This document shows positions 1 to 12,665 of a stretch of DNA of 64,000 bases, one piece after another. Each line of letters starts with the position of its first letter. The first letter of the stretch is position 1. Source of the DNA: Eledone cirrhosa (taxonomy: Eukaryota); assembly GCA_964016885.1 (NCBI GenBank), contig OZ024763.1, positions 29,326,001 through 29,390,000 on the forward strand. Direction: 5' to 3'. The translations under genes were made by a program, and so were the position numbers. Under the pieces are notes generated by a model. That model saw only the letters and a list, made by a program, of their open reading frames with translations. It did not search any database and was not told where the DNA came from.

Positions 1-840
1 ACAAGCATACACATACATACGGACATTCGCACATAAGGTCACACTAAAACAAATATACACACAGACACACATGAAGATACAGACACACACACACACATAG
101 GGTCGCACATAGACACACATATACACACACGGACACACGCATACATAAGGTCACACTAAATCACAGACAGATATACACACATACACACACACACACTCAG
201 ACATACACACAGGCATACGCACACACATAGACGGACTTGTACACACACACACACACACACACGCATAAACCCACGCATAGACAGACTTTAGCAGCCATAG
301 ACACACACAATCATGTACACACACACACACACACACAGATATGAACACACAGACATGTACACACACACACATGTACACACACACAGACACATCTCACCCA
401 TACCCCCCGTCTAACCCCCAGCCCCTTTCCCATAGCAATAGACACACAGACCTGTACAGACACACACACACATGTACACACACACTCAGACACATCTCAC
501 CCCTTACCCTACCCAACCCCGTCTAACCCCCAGCCCCTACCCCACAATGATCCATTATGCAATAATCGCCCTAACTCAATTATCTTATAGAGACTCTTAT
601 AACCTTGATAGCGTTCATGATGGATTCCTTCATTCCGAAGAATAATAGAATGCTTAAATATGGCAGAGATAACAGAGATTAGCAGAATGTTGATTTGTTA
701 AAGATTAGATGTAAATGAGAAACGGAATTAAGCTGGTTTCACTAAAGAATTAAGACGTATTAAGATCGATAAGGGAATCGTTGAAGATCGAAGAAGCTTT
801 TCCTTGTCCCGATTGAGGTTTATGTGAATAATAATGATAT

Positions 841-1866
841 ATTTAAACCTTTCTCTACCCCTATTTCTAATCAAAGATACGGCTGCTTGTGGGTTTCAAA
901 TAATTTAGTGAATTATCAATAACTTCGTAAGATTTAGTAATATAACAACTTTCTCCTCGTTAAGCTCTATTTCGGAACATAACTTAACAAAGGTTCTTAC
1001 ATAAATTCTTGAGAACAGATATTTAGATAAATATAAATATTTTAAACCTTTCTCTACCCCTATTTATACCCAAAGATACGGCTGCATGTGGGTTTCAAAT
1101 AATTTAGTGAATTATCAATAATTTAGAAGGATTTAGTAATATAACAACTTTCTCCTCGTTAAGCTCTATTTCGGAACATAACTTAACAAAGGTTCTTACA
1201 TAAACTCTTGAGAACAGATTTTTAGATAAATATAAATATTTTAAACCTTTCTCTACCCCTATTTATACCCAAAGATACGGCTGCATGTGGGTTTCAAATA
1301 ATTTAGTGAATTATCAATAATTTAGAAGGATTTAGTAATATAACAACTTTCTCCTCGTTAAGCTTTATTTCGGAACATAACTTAACAAAGGTTCGTACAT
1401 GAAACTATGATAACAGATTTTTAGATAAATATAAATATTTTAACCCTTTCATTATCATATTTCTGAGGGAAAACGCTGCTTGAGGGCTTCATATAATTTA
1501 GTGAATTATCAAGAATTTGCACGGATTTAATAGTATAATTTAACTTTCTTATTAAAATTGGTTTTGGAGCATAACTTAACAAAGGTTCTTAGATAAAATT
1601 ATGATAAAAGAATTTTAGATAAATATAAATATTTGAACCCCTTCGTTTCAATATTTCTGATGAAAAGCGCTGCCTGTGGGTTTAATATAATTTAGTGAAT
1701 TATGAAGAATTTGGAAGGATTTAATAATATAATTCAACTTTTTCATTAAGCTTGGTTTTGGAGCATAACTTAATGCTGGTTCTTACATAAAATTATGATG
1801 AATGATTTTCAAATGTATATATAAATACTTTAACCCTTTCCTTTCCATATTTCTAATGATAAATAC
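841..1866. repeat. Tandem satellite, ~195-200 bp unit, about 5 copies plus a partial
   Basis: Motif (t)ttaaacctttctctacccctattt...aatttagtgaattatcaa...cataacttaacaaaggttcttacataaa recurs near 841, 1040, 1240, 1438, 1632 and 1828. Divergence increases rightwards. Confidence 0.95.
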
Positions 1867-2115
1867 TGCAGGAGGGATATGAAGTCAATATACCTGGACA
1901 CCCAGAGATAGGAGAAGGTCGCTAATGAGCACCCACGATTGAGACGGGTACTGTGCAAGGGGATGGGGCGAGGAGGGGAGAAACTGAAACTTGCCTCCGA
2001 GGAAAATCGGGCTCGAAAAATGAACAACATAGTAGCGACGGAGAAGAGCATCTAAAAATGCAGCGGCTGTATATAGGACTGCCACTCCAGTGTGGGCCTG
2101 TACAGCCTAACAAAC
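1867..2115 (+). pseudogene. Degenerate 3' end of an RTE-clade LINE ORF with C-terminal zinc finger
   Basis: Manual translation CRRDMKSIYLDTQR*EKVANEHPRLRRVLCKG...EENRARK...*KCSGCI*DCHSSVGLYS. This matches the RTE pattern KRDMK..WE..A..R..WR..CxxCxRxCxSxxGLxSH and has 3 in-frame stops. Confidence 0.8.
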
Positions 2116-2539
2116 ACTGACCCTCCAGCGACGGGGGTAGCAATTTATTTGTGCCCTTGTGTCCTCAGCTGGGTTTTTTAGATTTAAGATGGTTAGAAAT
2201 TTTGAATTTAATACCTGTTTGTATAACTTTTCAATTTTAATCACTTGCACCAATCTAACTTTGATATGTACAATTGGGGGGGTCTGTTGTGTATTCTAAT
2301 TTTTTGTGTAAGAGGGGCCCCCAGACCTGACATGTTCGGGGGGGGGGGGGATTCTAAGCCCAACCCTGCTTTATTTCTGCCGATAATTTCTCATTTTTTC
2401 TTCTTTTTCCTCCTACCCCCCCCTTCTTTACGGATAATTTATCGAACCCAGATCGATGAAAATGTTATTGGTAGGATTTGAACTCAAGAAGAAGAGAGCC
2501 GCAACAAATACCCCTACAGCTACTCCGTTAATCCATACA

Positions 2540-3090
2540 CACCCTTGTCAATAAACACACACACACACACACACCATTGCCAATACCCATACACACAGAT
2601 ACAAACACAGCCTTGCCAAGACACACACCCACGCACATTCATACCCACACACACTCTTGCCAACACACACACACCATTGCCAATACCCATACACACAGAT
2701 ACAAACACAGCCTTGCCAAGACACACCCACGCACATTCATACCCACACACACTCTTGCCAACACACACAGACACCATTGCCAATACCCATACACACAGAT
2801 ACAAACACACCCTTGCCAAGACACACACACACACTCTTGCCAAGACACACACACACACACTTGCCAAGACACACACACACACTCTTGCCAAGACACACAC
2901 ACACACACACACGCACTCTTGCCAAGAACACACACACACACACACACTCTTGCCAAGACACACACACACAAACCCTTGCTAAGACACACACACACCCTTA
3001 CCAAGACACGTACACACACACACATACCTTTGCCCAGACACACACACAGATATACAAACACACACTCTTGCCAACACACACCCTTTCCAA
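2540..3090. repeat. CA-rich minisatellite (cttgccaagacacac core)
   Basis: Repeated ttgccaa(g)acacacac units with higher-order ~100 bp blocks. Confidence 0.9.
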
Positions 3091-3239
3091 TACACACACA
3101 CCACCACCACACCACTCACACCACACACCATTTAATGACCACGCCCAACCCTACATCAATTAATACACCCCCTCCAATAAACTCTATCATCAGAGACTCT
3201 ACATAAATTCGGCCAAATGAACCATTATTGAGCTCCCCT

Positions 3240-3735
3240 CTCCCCCACACTACAGCCAACCTCACCCCCATCCAGCACTGACCTGCCCTCCCCCACACTA
3301 CAGCCAACCTCACCCCCATCCAGCACTGACCTGCCCTCCCCCACACTACAGCCAACCTCACCCTCCACCTACCATTGACCTCCTCCCACACTACAGCCAA
3401 CCTCACCCCCCCATCCAGCACTGACCTCCCCTCCCCCACACTACAGCCAACCTCACCCCTCATCCAGCATTGACCTCCCCCCACACTACAGCCAACCTCA
3501 CCCTCCACCTACAATTGACCTCCTCCCACACTACAGCCAACCTCACCCCCCATCCAGCATTGACCTCCCCCCACACTACAGCCAACCTCACCCTCCACCT
3601 ACAATTGACCTCCTCCCACACTACAGCCAACCTCACCCCCCATCCAGCACTGACCTCCCCTCCCTCACACTACAGCCAGTCACCCTCCCCCATCTAGGAC
3701 TGACCTCTCCCCCCACATTACAGCCAACCTCCACT
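3240..3735. repeat. C-rich minisatellite, ~44-48 bp unit
   Basis: cacactacagccaacctcacccc repeated about 11 times, alternating catccagcactgacc and cacctacaattgacc variants. Confidence 0.92.
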
Positions 3736-4414
3736 CTTCAACCACCACCACCACCGGAGTATCCACCCTCATTATATATTCCATCAAACACCCACTCCGC
3801 CATCCACGACACTACCAACACCCCCATCACCACCACCACACTACCAACAACACCTCCAACATCAACAACACCACACCCCACCAACATCAACACCACCACC
3901 ACCACACCACACCACACCAATACCACCACCACACTACCAAAAACACCACCACCACACCAACATCAACAAAACCACCACCACCACCACCACCACACCAACA
4001 CCACACTACCAACAACACCTCCAACATCAACAACACCACACCCCACTAACATCAACACCACCACACCACACCAACACCACCACCACACTACCAACAAAAC
4101 CTCCAACATCAACAACACCACACTACACCAACATCAACACCACCATCAACACCACCATCACTAACACCAAACAAAGCAGCCAGCCAATCAATCACTCAAT
4201 ACTAGATCGATACTCACCCCTAACACCCACCCCACCACCACCTACATCACCTCCTATATAATAATCTATGACGCTCTCCAACGAAAGATTACGTTTTGTC
4301 AGAAACTACAAGATATCATTATAACCTCTTTTATCCGGCCTGGTTCGGATAATAATCATAATTCCTCATTTTGAAAATTAAGAGAACATTTAACGAGGTG
4401 TTTAGCTAAATAAC

Positions 4415-4970
4415 TGTTTCTACTTTAGGCACACGGCCAGCAATTACCCAGTGCATTACTGGTACTTTATTTTATCGACCCCGTAAGGATGAAAGGCAAA
4501 GTCAACCTCGGCGAGATTTGAACTCAGATCGTAAAGGGACGTAACTATGCTGGAAAGCATGGCGTCCGACCCTCTACCGATACTGCCAATCAAAATAATT
4601 GTTTCTACTTTTGGCACAAGGCCAGCAATTCCCCCAGTGCATTACTGGTACTTTATTTTATCGACCCCGTAAGGATGAAAGGCAAAGTCAACCTCGGCGA
4701 GATTTGAACTCAGATCGTAAAGGGACGTAACTATGCTGGAAAGCATGGCGTCCGACCCTCTACCGATACTGCCAATCAAAATAATTGTTTCTACTTTTGG
4801 CACAAGGCCAGCAATTCCCCCAGTGCATTACTGGTACTTTATTTTATCGACCCCGTAAGGATGAAAGGCAAAGTCAACCTCGGCGGGATTTGAACTCAGA
4901 TCGTAAAGGGACGTAATATGCTGGAAAGCATGGCGTCCGACCCTCTACCGATACTGCCAATCCACCGCCC
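4415..4970 (-). mobile_element. Three tandem copies of tRNA-derived SINE family 1 (~185 bp)
   Basis: Minus strand has A-box tggcagtatcgg, B-box gagttcaaatc, a gcctttcatccttacggggtcgataaaataaagtaccag body and a ggccttgtgcc..agtagaaac tail. Units are nearly identical. Confidence 0.9.
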
Positions 4971-5010
4971 TAATGCTGCGAATTAGCAGAGTCGTTAGAG
5001 CGTCGGTTTA

Positions 5011-5490
5011 CCATCATCCGGCGGCCTCAGCCGAGATGGACTCAACAATTGATCTCCACGTGGGTCTATCGTTCATTGCCGTTGCCAAGTCCTGGATTTC
5101 AATATCAGAATCTCTGGAGATAACATCCTGGTAGGAGAGCTTGTGCCCCCTGTTATTAGTGACTGGTTGTGGTTTCCAAAGCCCTAATGGGGACTCAGCC
5201 TCATAGGTGGCACGATGGCAGGGGCCAGAAAATTGGGATAGGAGAGCTTGTGCCCCCTGTTATCAATGACTTGCTTGTGGTTTCCAAAGCCCTAATGCGG
5301 ACACAGACTTATAGATGGCACGATCGGAGTGGAAAGCAAATTGGGATAGGAGAGCTTGTGCCCCCTGTTTTCAGTGACTTGCTTGTGGTTTCCAAAACCC
5401 TAATGGAGACACAGCCTCATAGGTGGCACGATGGGAGTGGAAAGTAAAATCGGGATTGGAGAGCTTGCGTCCCCTGTTATTAGTGACGTT
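5011..5490 (-). mobile_element. RTE LINE 3' end with a ~108 bp coding segment tandemly amplified ~3.3 times
   Basis: Minus translation FSGPCHRATYEAESPLGLWKPQPVTNNRGHKLSYQDVISRDSDIEIQDLATAMNDRPTWRSIVESISAEAAG*. Units start (ggagagc) at 5134, 5241, 5349 and 5458. Confidence 0.8.
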
Positions 5491-5671
5491 TCAGTCGGTT
5501 TTTTTTTTTCTGTCTTCACTGGACAGTCTTTCTGTTTCTCCATTGTAATCCTGTCTCTATTTGTACTCCCGAAGAAGGACTTAAACAGGACACGTCGAAC
5601 TTTCTTTTCTCTTTCGAATATAAAGCGTGAAACTAATAACACTTTCCGTACCTCTGTTTGTTGTCTCCTTG

Positions 5672-5708
<37 letters not shown>

Positions 5709-5717
<9 letters not shown>

Positions 5718-5897
5718 AAAGGCTTCTACAGGACTAGACCTGTTTCATTCGGGTGAAATCATCAGGAAGGCTGATGATTTCTCCCGAATGAAACAGATCT
5801 AGTCCTGTAGAAGCCTTTTCTATATTAAATATGTATACTCTGCTTTGTATTGAGTACCTTACTTACTGTGGTTACTCCCGATTGAACCCGGGATAAA
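5709..5897. mobile_element. Family A HHR element, head-to-head palindrome (arms 5709-5765 / 5771-5827)
   Basis: Both arms contain CUGAUGA-UUUC(N4)GAAU-GAAACAG..CUGUA-GAAG. The minus copy keeps stem I (CUUC/GAAG). The family tail gtattgagtaccttacttactgtggtta...aacccgg follows. Confidence 0.8.
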
Positions 5898-6568
5898 CTT
5901 CTCTCTCTCTCTCTCTCGCTTTTCATTCAATCGAGAATAAGAAATAGTAGAAAACGGTAGCACAAAATTTTAAATCGATACTGACAGACAGATTGAGAGA
6001 GAGGGAGAGGGTGAGGGAGACAGACAAACAGCCAAACAGACAGAGAGACAGACAGACAGACAGACAGAGTGACAACAATTACAAACAAAGACTGCAAATC
6101 CGAAGCAAAATAAGCAATAAGGATTCGTAGTCAATATATTCCAAGGAAGATTTTTACCATTTCCGAAGAGTGTCATTCTAAACAGTTTGAAGATAACATG
6201 AAGAATTCTACTTCACAGAGGAATTAAACGTTTGGTAAGTTGAAGTGTGTCTGATGGCTGTCGAAATATTTCTAATAAAATAGCTATTTCTGGTTTATAT
6301 TAAACTAGGATGGTTTTTTTTTCTATATGCTGACACGTACGTGTATATGAGTCTGCGTGAGTGTATGTATATGTGTACATATATATGTAAGTGGATATAA
6401 ATATAAAGGTGTAAACACAGATGCACTTAGAAACATTAGACGCTCACACATATATTAACACAAACACGCAGAGATATATTCACACAAAAACATACATTCA
6501 CACAAACCCATACACACATGCACAGCATAACAAATGGAACGCCACAAACTTACACAGTCAGACAAACA

Positions 6569-6797
6569 AGAGTTCAATTCCTGGGCAGGGCTGTGTGTTG
6601 TGTTCTTGAGCAAAACACTTCATTTCACGTCACTCCAGTGGTAAGTGTGTTGAACTTGCGATCATAATTTCGTGGGCTCGATTTCTGGACTGGGTTGTGT
6701 GTTGTGTTCTTGGGCAAAACACTTCATTTCACGATGCTCCAGTGGAAATGGTGTTGGACTTATGATCATAATGCCATCGGTTCGATTCCTGGACTGA

Positions 6798-6798
<1 letters not shown>
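6569..6798 (+). mobile_element. Tandem fragments of tRNA-derived SINE family 2
   Basis: B-box-like gagttcaattcc followed by gtgttgtgttcttg(a/g)gcaaaacacttcatttcac, repeated with a period of ~110 bp. Confidence 0.75.
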
Positions 6799-6867
<69 letters not shown>

Positions 6868-6870
<3 letters not shown>

Positions 6871-7091
6871 AACCTTGGTCTTCCTCTTCTAGTGCGTCCA
6901 TGTAGGGGCTCCCAAAGGAGCACTGAGTGCAATGTCAACTCTGGATGTCGGTGAGCATGTCCAGCCAACCCCAGTCTCCTCTGTGTCACTTTTGAGCTGA
7001 CTTTTGGAGTTGCAGGATATGGCAGCGATAATGAGGGACAGAGACCGCTGGAGAGAACTCGTCCATGGATCTCGGGAATTTTACCCGCCTT

Positions 7092-7093
<2 letters not shown>
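6868..7093. mobile_element. 5'-inverted, truncated RTE LINE inside (TA)n
   Basis: Minus 7008-6868 encodes PKVSSKVTQRRLGLAGHAHRHPELTLHSVLLWEPLHGRTRRGRPRLTYI. Plus ~7004-7093 encodes LELQDMAAIMRDRDRWRELVHGSREFYPP*. Confidence 0.8.
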
Positions 7094-7155
<62 letters not shown>

Positions 7156-7322
7156 GGGATAACAAATTATTGTTATAGGTAGTCCACTTAGATGTAGTCC
7201 AGTTAGGGTACTCCGAGTAGTGGATAGTGTCAAGGCTTGGCTAAGTTTGACTCAACAAGGCGTTTCCATAGTGATGCTGCGAGTACGCGGTGATTTCTAT
7301 GTAGTTTACACTTGGAGTAATG

Positions 7323-7626
7323 ATAAATCAAGAAAGAAGATTGACACGGTTTGCTATACAATAAGGGGTTTATTCACGTTGCTGACAATTGTTTCTCTGA
7401 ACTGGTAGGTCTAGAGATCGCTACCCGCGTGTTTCTGCGTCAATCGATCACCAATACATTTCTCACAAGCTCTGATGAATTGACTGGTTATAACTATGTA
7501 TTGGTGATCGATTGACGCATAAATATGCGGGTAGTGATCTCTAGACCTACCAGTTCAGAGAAACAATTGTCAGCAATGTGATTAAAGCCCTTATTGTATA
7601 GCAAACCGTGTCACTCTTCTTTCTTG

Positions 7627-7632
<6 letters not shown>
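7323..7632. repeat. Long inverted repeat (arms ~7323-7459 / 7496-7632), PLE pLTR-like
   Basis: ataaatcaagaaagaaga..ccaatacat is mirrored by atgtattgg..tcttctttcttgatttat over ~137 bp with few mismatches. Confidence 0.92.
7463..7581 (+). ncRNA. Type I hammerhead ribozyme with ~80 nt stem II domain (family C)
   Basis: Stem I is gct/agc, extended by tcaca/tgtga. CUGAUGA at 7472-7478; stem II base actggt/accagt; GAAAC-AAUU-GUC at 7560-7571 (palindromic stem III). Confidence 0.7.
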
Positions 7633-7701
<69 letters not shown>

Positions 7702-7727
7702 TATAATAAACAACATAAGGCAATTAT

Positions 7728-7785
7728 TCCATTTACCAGTGGTTTCTTGAAAGCAGAACATTTTGCTTTCAATCATCAGAATGAA
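7728..7785 (-). ncRNA. Intact type I hammerhead ribozyme
   Basis: Minus strand: UUCAUU CUGAUGA UUGAAAGCA aaauguuc UGCUUUCAA GAAAC CACUG GUA AAUGGA. Perfect 9 bp stem II, 6 bp stem I including one G-U, stem III ACC/GGU, GUA triplet. Confidence 0.85.
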
Positions 7786-7813
7786 AAAATCCTGGTCTGT
7801 TTATTGAATTTGG

Positions 7814-7883
<70 letters not shown>

Positions 7884-8107
7884 TTTTCCTGGGTCCTGTA
7901 TTTTCGTTGCTCTAGCGATGCGGCTGGACTGCCGACCGCTATATCTGATTTGCTAAGCTGTCTGAACGTATTGTTATTACTCTGGGGTTCTTTTCCCCCA
8001 TCCGAGTGCTAAAGCTACAGACCGATTCTGCATTCGTTAGCTTGGCCGTGTTCTAAAGCTTCGTTAATGCTGTACTAAAATGTATATATATAGAGAGAGA
8101 GATATAC

Positions 8108-8179
<72 letters not shown>

Positions 8180-8259
8180 TTCTTTATTAGCCACAAGGGC
8201 GCACAAGAAAAGAGGACAATACAAAGACATGATAGATAGATAGATATAGATAGATTTCA

Positions 8260-8454
8260 AAGAAGGTGTGGTAATCCCAGGTGGACCATAACGTACCAGA
8301 GTACTCGATATTTAGGGTAGTAGATTGGGTAATAGGAAAAGAATCAGCACCCCGAGGGTTGAGCTCCGGCCTCTGCGACAGCTAGATCAGAGCTCGGTTC
8401 TGATCTAGCTGTCGAAACGGCCGGAGCTCAACCGTCGGGGTCTTGACTCTTTTC
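8260..8454. mobile_element. Family B element with palindrome (arms ~8336-8391 / 8399-8454) carrying HHR 3' half
   Basis: GAAACGG..gagctc..CCGUC-GGGGUC gives stem III ACGG/CCGU and a GUC triplet; the CUGANGA half is absent. Homologous to 14335-14525, 46175-46224 and 61380-61432. Confidence 0.7.
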
Positions 8455-8577
8455 ATATATATATATGGTCCTGTATACGTTGAGACACATAAATGCACGC
8501 AAGCATGTATACATACATGAATGCATACATGCATACATACACATACATACACACACATACTTTCATACATATATACA

Positions 8578-8623
<46 letters not shown>

Positions 8624-8716
8624 ACAGCTCACAGTTCAGGTTTAGGTGGCCTCCTATGCAGGTTTAGGTGGCCTCCTCCAAGGAATATTCGTTGGAGGTG
8701 TATTGGGTAATTAAAT

Positions 8717-8884
8717 GATAGGGACCCCAGTCCCTATCATCTCATTTCTACAGCTGAGTAAACTGGAGCAATGTGAAATAAAGTGTCTTGCTCAAGGAAA
8801 CAACACATCACCCGGTCCGAGAATTGAACTCACAACCTTTCGATTGCAAGCCCAATGCTCTAACCACTAAGCCATGCGCCTTCA
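8717..8884 (-). mobile_element. tRNA-derived SINE family 2, near full length
   Basis: Minus strand has A-box tggcttagtgg, B-box gagttcaattc, body ttccttgagcaagacactttatttcac and a terminal hairpin gataggga..tccctatc. Confidence 0.88.
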
Positions 8885-9090
8885 CATACATACATGCACA
8901 CATACAAACATTCATACATACATACATACATACATACATACATACATAAACATACACATACACACATACTAACACATACATACACATACTTTCATACATA
9001 AATACACACATACAAACACATACATACACACATACTTTCATACGCACACCCATGCACACACACACAGACACATACACACTGACACACATA

Positions 9091-9131
<41 letters not shown>

Positions 9132-9264
9132 TTAAAGAAATTTCATTTTTTTAATTCCAGGAAATGAAGAATCGGAATCCGATCACTAAGAATGATGGGA
9201 CGAAAATGTCAAAGGTTAGGTTGTATAATGCATCATTCTATATACACTGGCACACACATATATG

Positions 9265-9303
<39 letters not shown>

Positions 9304-9349
9304 CGTCACGCGCACATGTTGATAGATTCCAGAAAAATGCATGTTCATC

Positions 9350-9389
9350 TGAAAATATATGTATATATATATGCTTATATATATATATG

Positions 9390-9444
<55 letters not shown>

Positions 9445-9457
9445 TTATATATATGCT

Positions 9458-9508
<51 letters not shown>

Positions 9509-9521
9509 GCTTATATATATG

Positions 9522-9561
<40 letters not shown>

Positions 9562-9733
9562 TATATATATATATATGTTTATATATGCTTATATATATGT
9601 TTATATATATATATATATGCTTATATATAGGTTTATATATATATATATGTTTATATATATATATATGCTTATATATATATATGCTTATATATATATATAT
9701 ATCCTTATATATATGTATATATATATGCTTATA

Positions 9734-9788
<55 letters not shown>

Positions 9789-9805
9789 GCTTATATATAT
9801 ATATG

Positions 9806-9861
<56 letters not shown>

Positions 9862-10022
9862 TATATATATATATATATGCTTATATATACATATATGCTT
9901 ATATATATATACATATATGCTTATATATATATACATATATGCTTATATATATATATGCTTATATATATATACATATATGCTTATATATATATGCTTAAAT
10001 ATATATATAATATATATATGCT

Positions 10023-10057
<35 letters not shown>

Positions 10058-10426
10058 TTAAATGTATATATATATATATATATATGCTTAAATATATATA
10101 TATATATATGCTTAAATATATATATATATATATATATGTACTTAAATGTAGATATATATATATATATATGTACTTAAATGTATATATATATATATATATG
10201 CTTAAATATATATATATATATATGCTTAAATATATATATATATATATACATTCATATATATATATACATTCATATATATATATATATTCATACATCATAT
10301 ATGTATATACATATACATACATTTATATGTATATATATATACATACATTCATATATATATACATACATTCATATATGTATATACATATACATACATTTAT
10401 ATATATATATATATATACATACATTC

Positions 10427-10505
<79 letters not shown>
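9350..10505. repeat. Compound (TA)n microsatellite with periodic gctt/cttaa interruptions
   Basis: Direct inspection. Confidence 0.95.
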
Positions 10506-10507
<2 letters not shown>

Positions 10508-10606
10508 CATCATGCATTACAACCAAACTTCTCAATTTACCAAAAAAACAACATTCTTTCGTGAAATTGATAAGAGTAACAATAGCAGCAGCAGCAGTAG
10601 TAGTAA

Positions 10607-10656
<50 letters not shown>

Positions 10657-11011
10657 TGTTGTTTAATTCGTTAGCCCTAAGCCAAACCTCACCCGTTTCA
10701 TTGTAACTTTAGGTTTAATCCTATTAACATCCATGTGTAATGTTATACATGAAAATGATTAATTATTCATACCATACACACCGTATGGCATTAATTACAA
10801 TAGCAACAATAACAACAGCATTAATAACAACAATGAGTACTTTTACTACTTAATGGTCCACCGTCGGTTTCAACGATGAGCGTGCAAATCAGCTGCAAGG
10901 ACAGTTACATGAAATAGCAGCGAAATATCAAGAACAAAAAAGGGATTCGTTATAGATTCATTTGGTCGAAATGTTAGAAATAACAGTCATATGTATCTAT
11001 CTATCTATCTA

Positions 11012-11145
<134 letters not shown>

Positions 11146-11169
11146 TTATATATATATGTATAGATATAC

Positions 11170-11214
<45 letters not shown>

Positions 11215-11519
11215 TGTATATACACACATATATATATATATATATATAGATGTATATACACATACATATATATATATAGTAATAATAATAAATTTGAAGA
11301 CTAAAATCCAAAGAGGGCTCGATAAGTATAAATATATATCAAATATATAAGAACCGTAGAGCAAATATTTATTAAAATAAGGGTGAAAGCAGCGATTTTT
11401 GCTTAAACCTTAATTTTTTATTTTAATAAATCTCTCTCTCTATATATATATAAATGTGTATATCAATATATCTATATTTATATATATCAATATATCTATC
11501 TATCCATATATATATATCA

Positions 11520-11584
<65 letters not shown>

Positions 11585-12087
11585 CAACCTAGGAAAATTA
11601 ACAGAGAGGGGAGAAGACAACGAACAAAAACAAGTCAGAAGGAGAAACAATTTTTTAAGCGGCAAACCCTGCTTTCGTGGGATTTACACATATGATATTA
11701 AAGACATATACATGAATATATCAGGTGTTCTGCATAAAACAATTGAAGAGAAGTATGACATGCATATTCTAACGGTTATTTGACAACGTGATGTATAGGA
11801 TTGAATTATAGATGTATAGGATTGAATAATCTTCACTTTTTGGTAGTAGTAGACGTAATAGTAATAGTGATAATGTGTATATATAAAGAAATAGATGGAT
11901 GGGTGAGTAGATAAGTAGATAGATGGGCATATAGATAGAGAGATAAGCATATAGATAGAGAGATAAGCATATGGGTATATAGACAGAGAAACATTTAGAT
12001 ATAAAGATAGATAGGGAAACATATAGATAGTCAAGTATATAGAGAGATGGATAGATACATGAATAAAGACATATAGATAAACAGACG

Positions 12088-12170
<83 letters not shown>

Positions 12171-12227
12171 TTCATTTCCAAATGATACTACAAATATATT
12201 GAGATTGAAACCAAAACAATAGAATGA

Positions 12228-12277
<50 letters not shown>

Positions 12278-12278
<1 letters not shown>

Positions 12279-12427
12279 GCTTTTTGAAACGCTTCAAAAG
12301 GCATGCTTGCTGGGAACAGCAAGAACCCTCCGATACGTCCTGAATATCTGAGGCTGCAGGTAGTGGCTTGATATTCATTCCAACAAACTTTCCAGTTAAC
12401 TAACATCAATGACTGAGACTCAAAGAG
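12278..12427 (+). mobile_element. R4/Dong-like RLE non-LTR retrotransposon 3' end, copy 1
   Basis: Translation ETLQKACLLGTARTLRYVLNI* (stop 12349-12351), then a short 3' UTR. Flanked by (AAT)n. Confidence 0.8.
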
Positions 12428-12451
12428 TAATAACAATAATAATAATAATAT

Positions 12452-12640
12452 TAGAGTTTCCAAGGATGGTTAAAGAAGATTAGTCTAGCCCCGCTTTTTA
12501 GAACACTTCAAAAGGCATGCTTGCTGGGAACAGCAAGAACCCTCCGATACGTCCTGAATATCTGAGGCTACAGGTAGTGGTTTGATATTCATTTCAACAA
12601 ACTTTCCAGTTAAATAACATTAAATGACTGAGACTCAAAA
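12452..12640 (+). mobile_element. R4/Dong-like RLE non-LTR retrotransposon 3' end, copy 2
   Basis: Translation FQGWLKKISLAPLFRTLQKACLLGTARTLRYVLNI* (stop 12563-12565). Flanked by (AAT)n/(AAC)n. Confidence 0.8.
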
Positions 12641-12665
12641 CAACAACAACAACAACAACAACAAC

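Noticed and set aside
400-580. Telomere-like ctaacc/ccctaa words
   Set aside because: Scattered single words in C-rich sequence, not a (TTAGGG)n array.
8820-8884. tRNA gene
   Set aside because: The A/B boxes belong to a SINE head fused to a repeated body; no complete cloverleaf.
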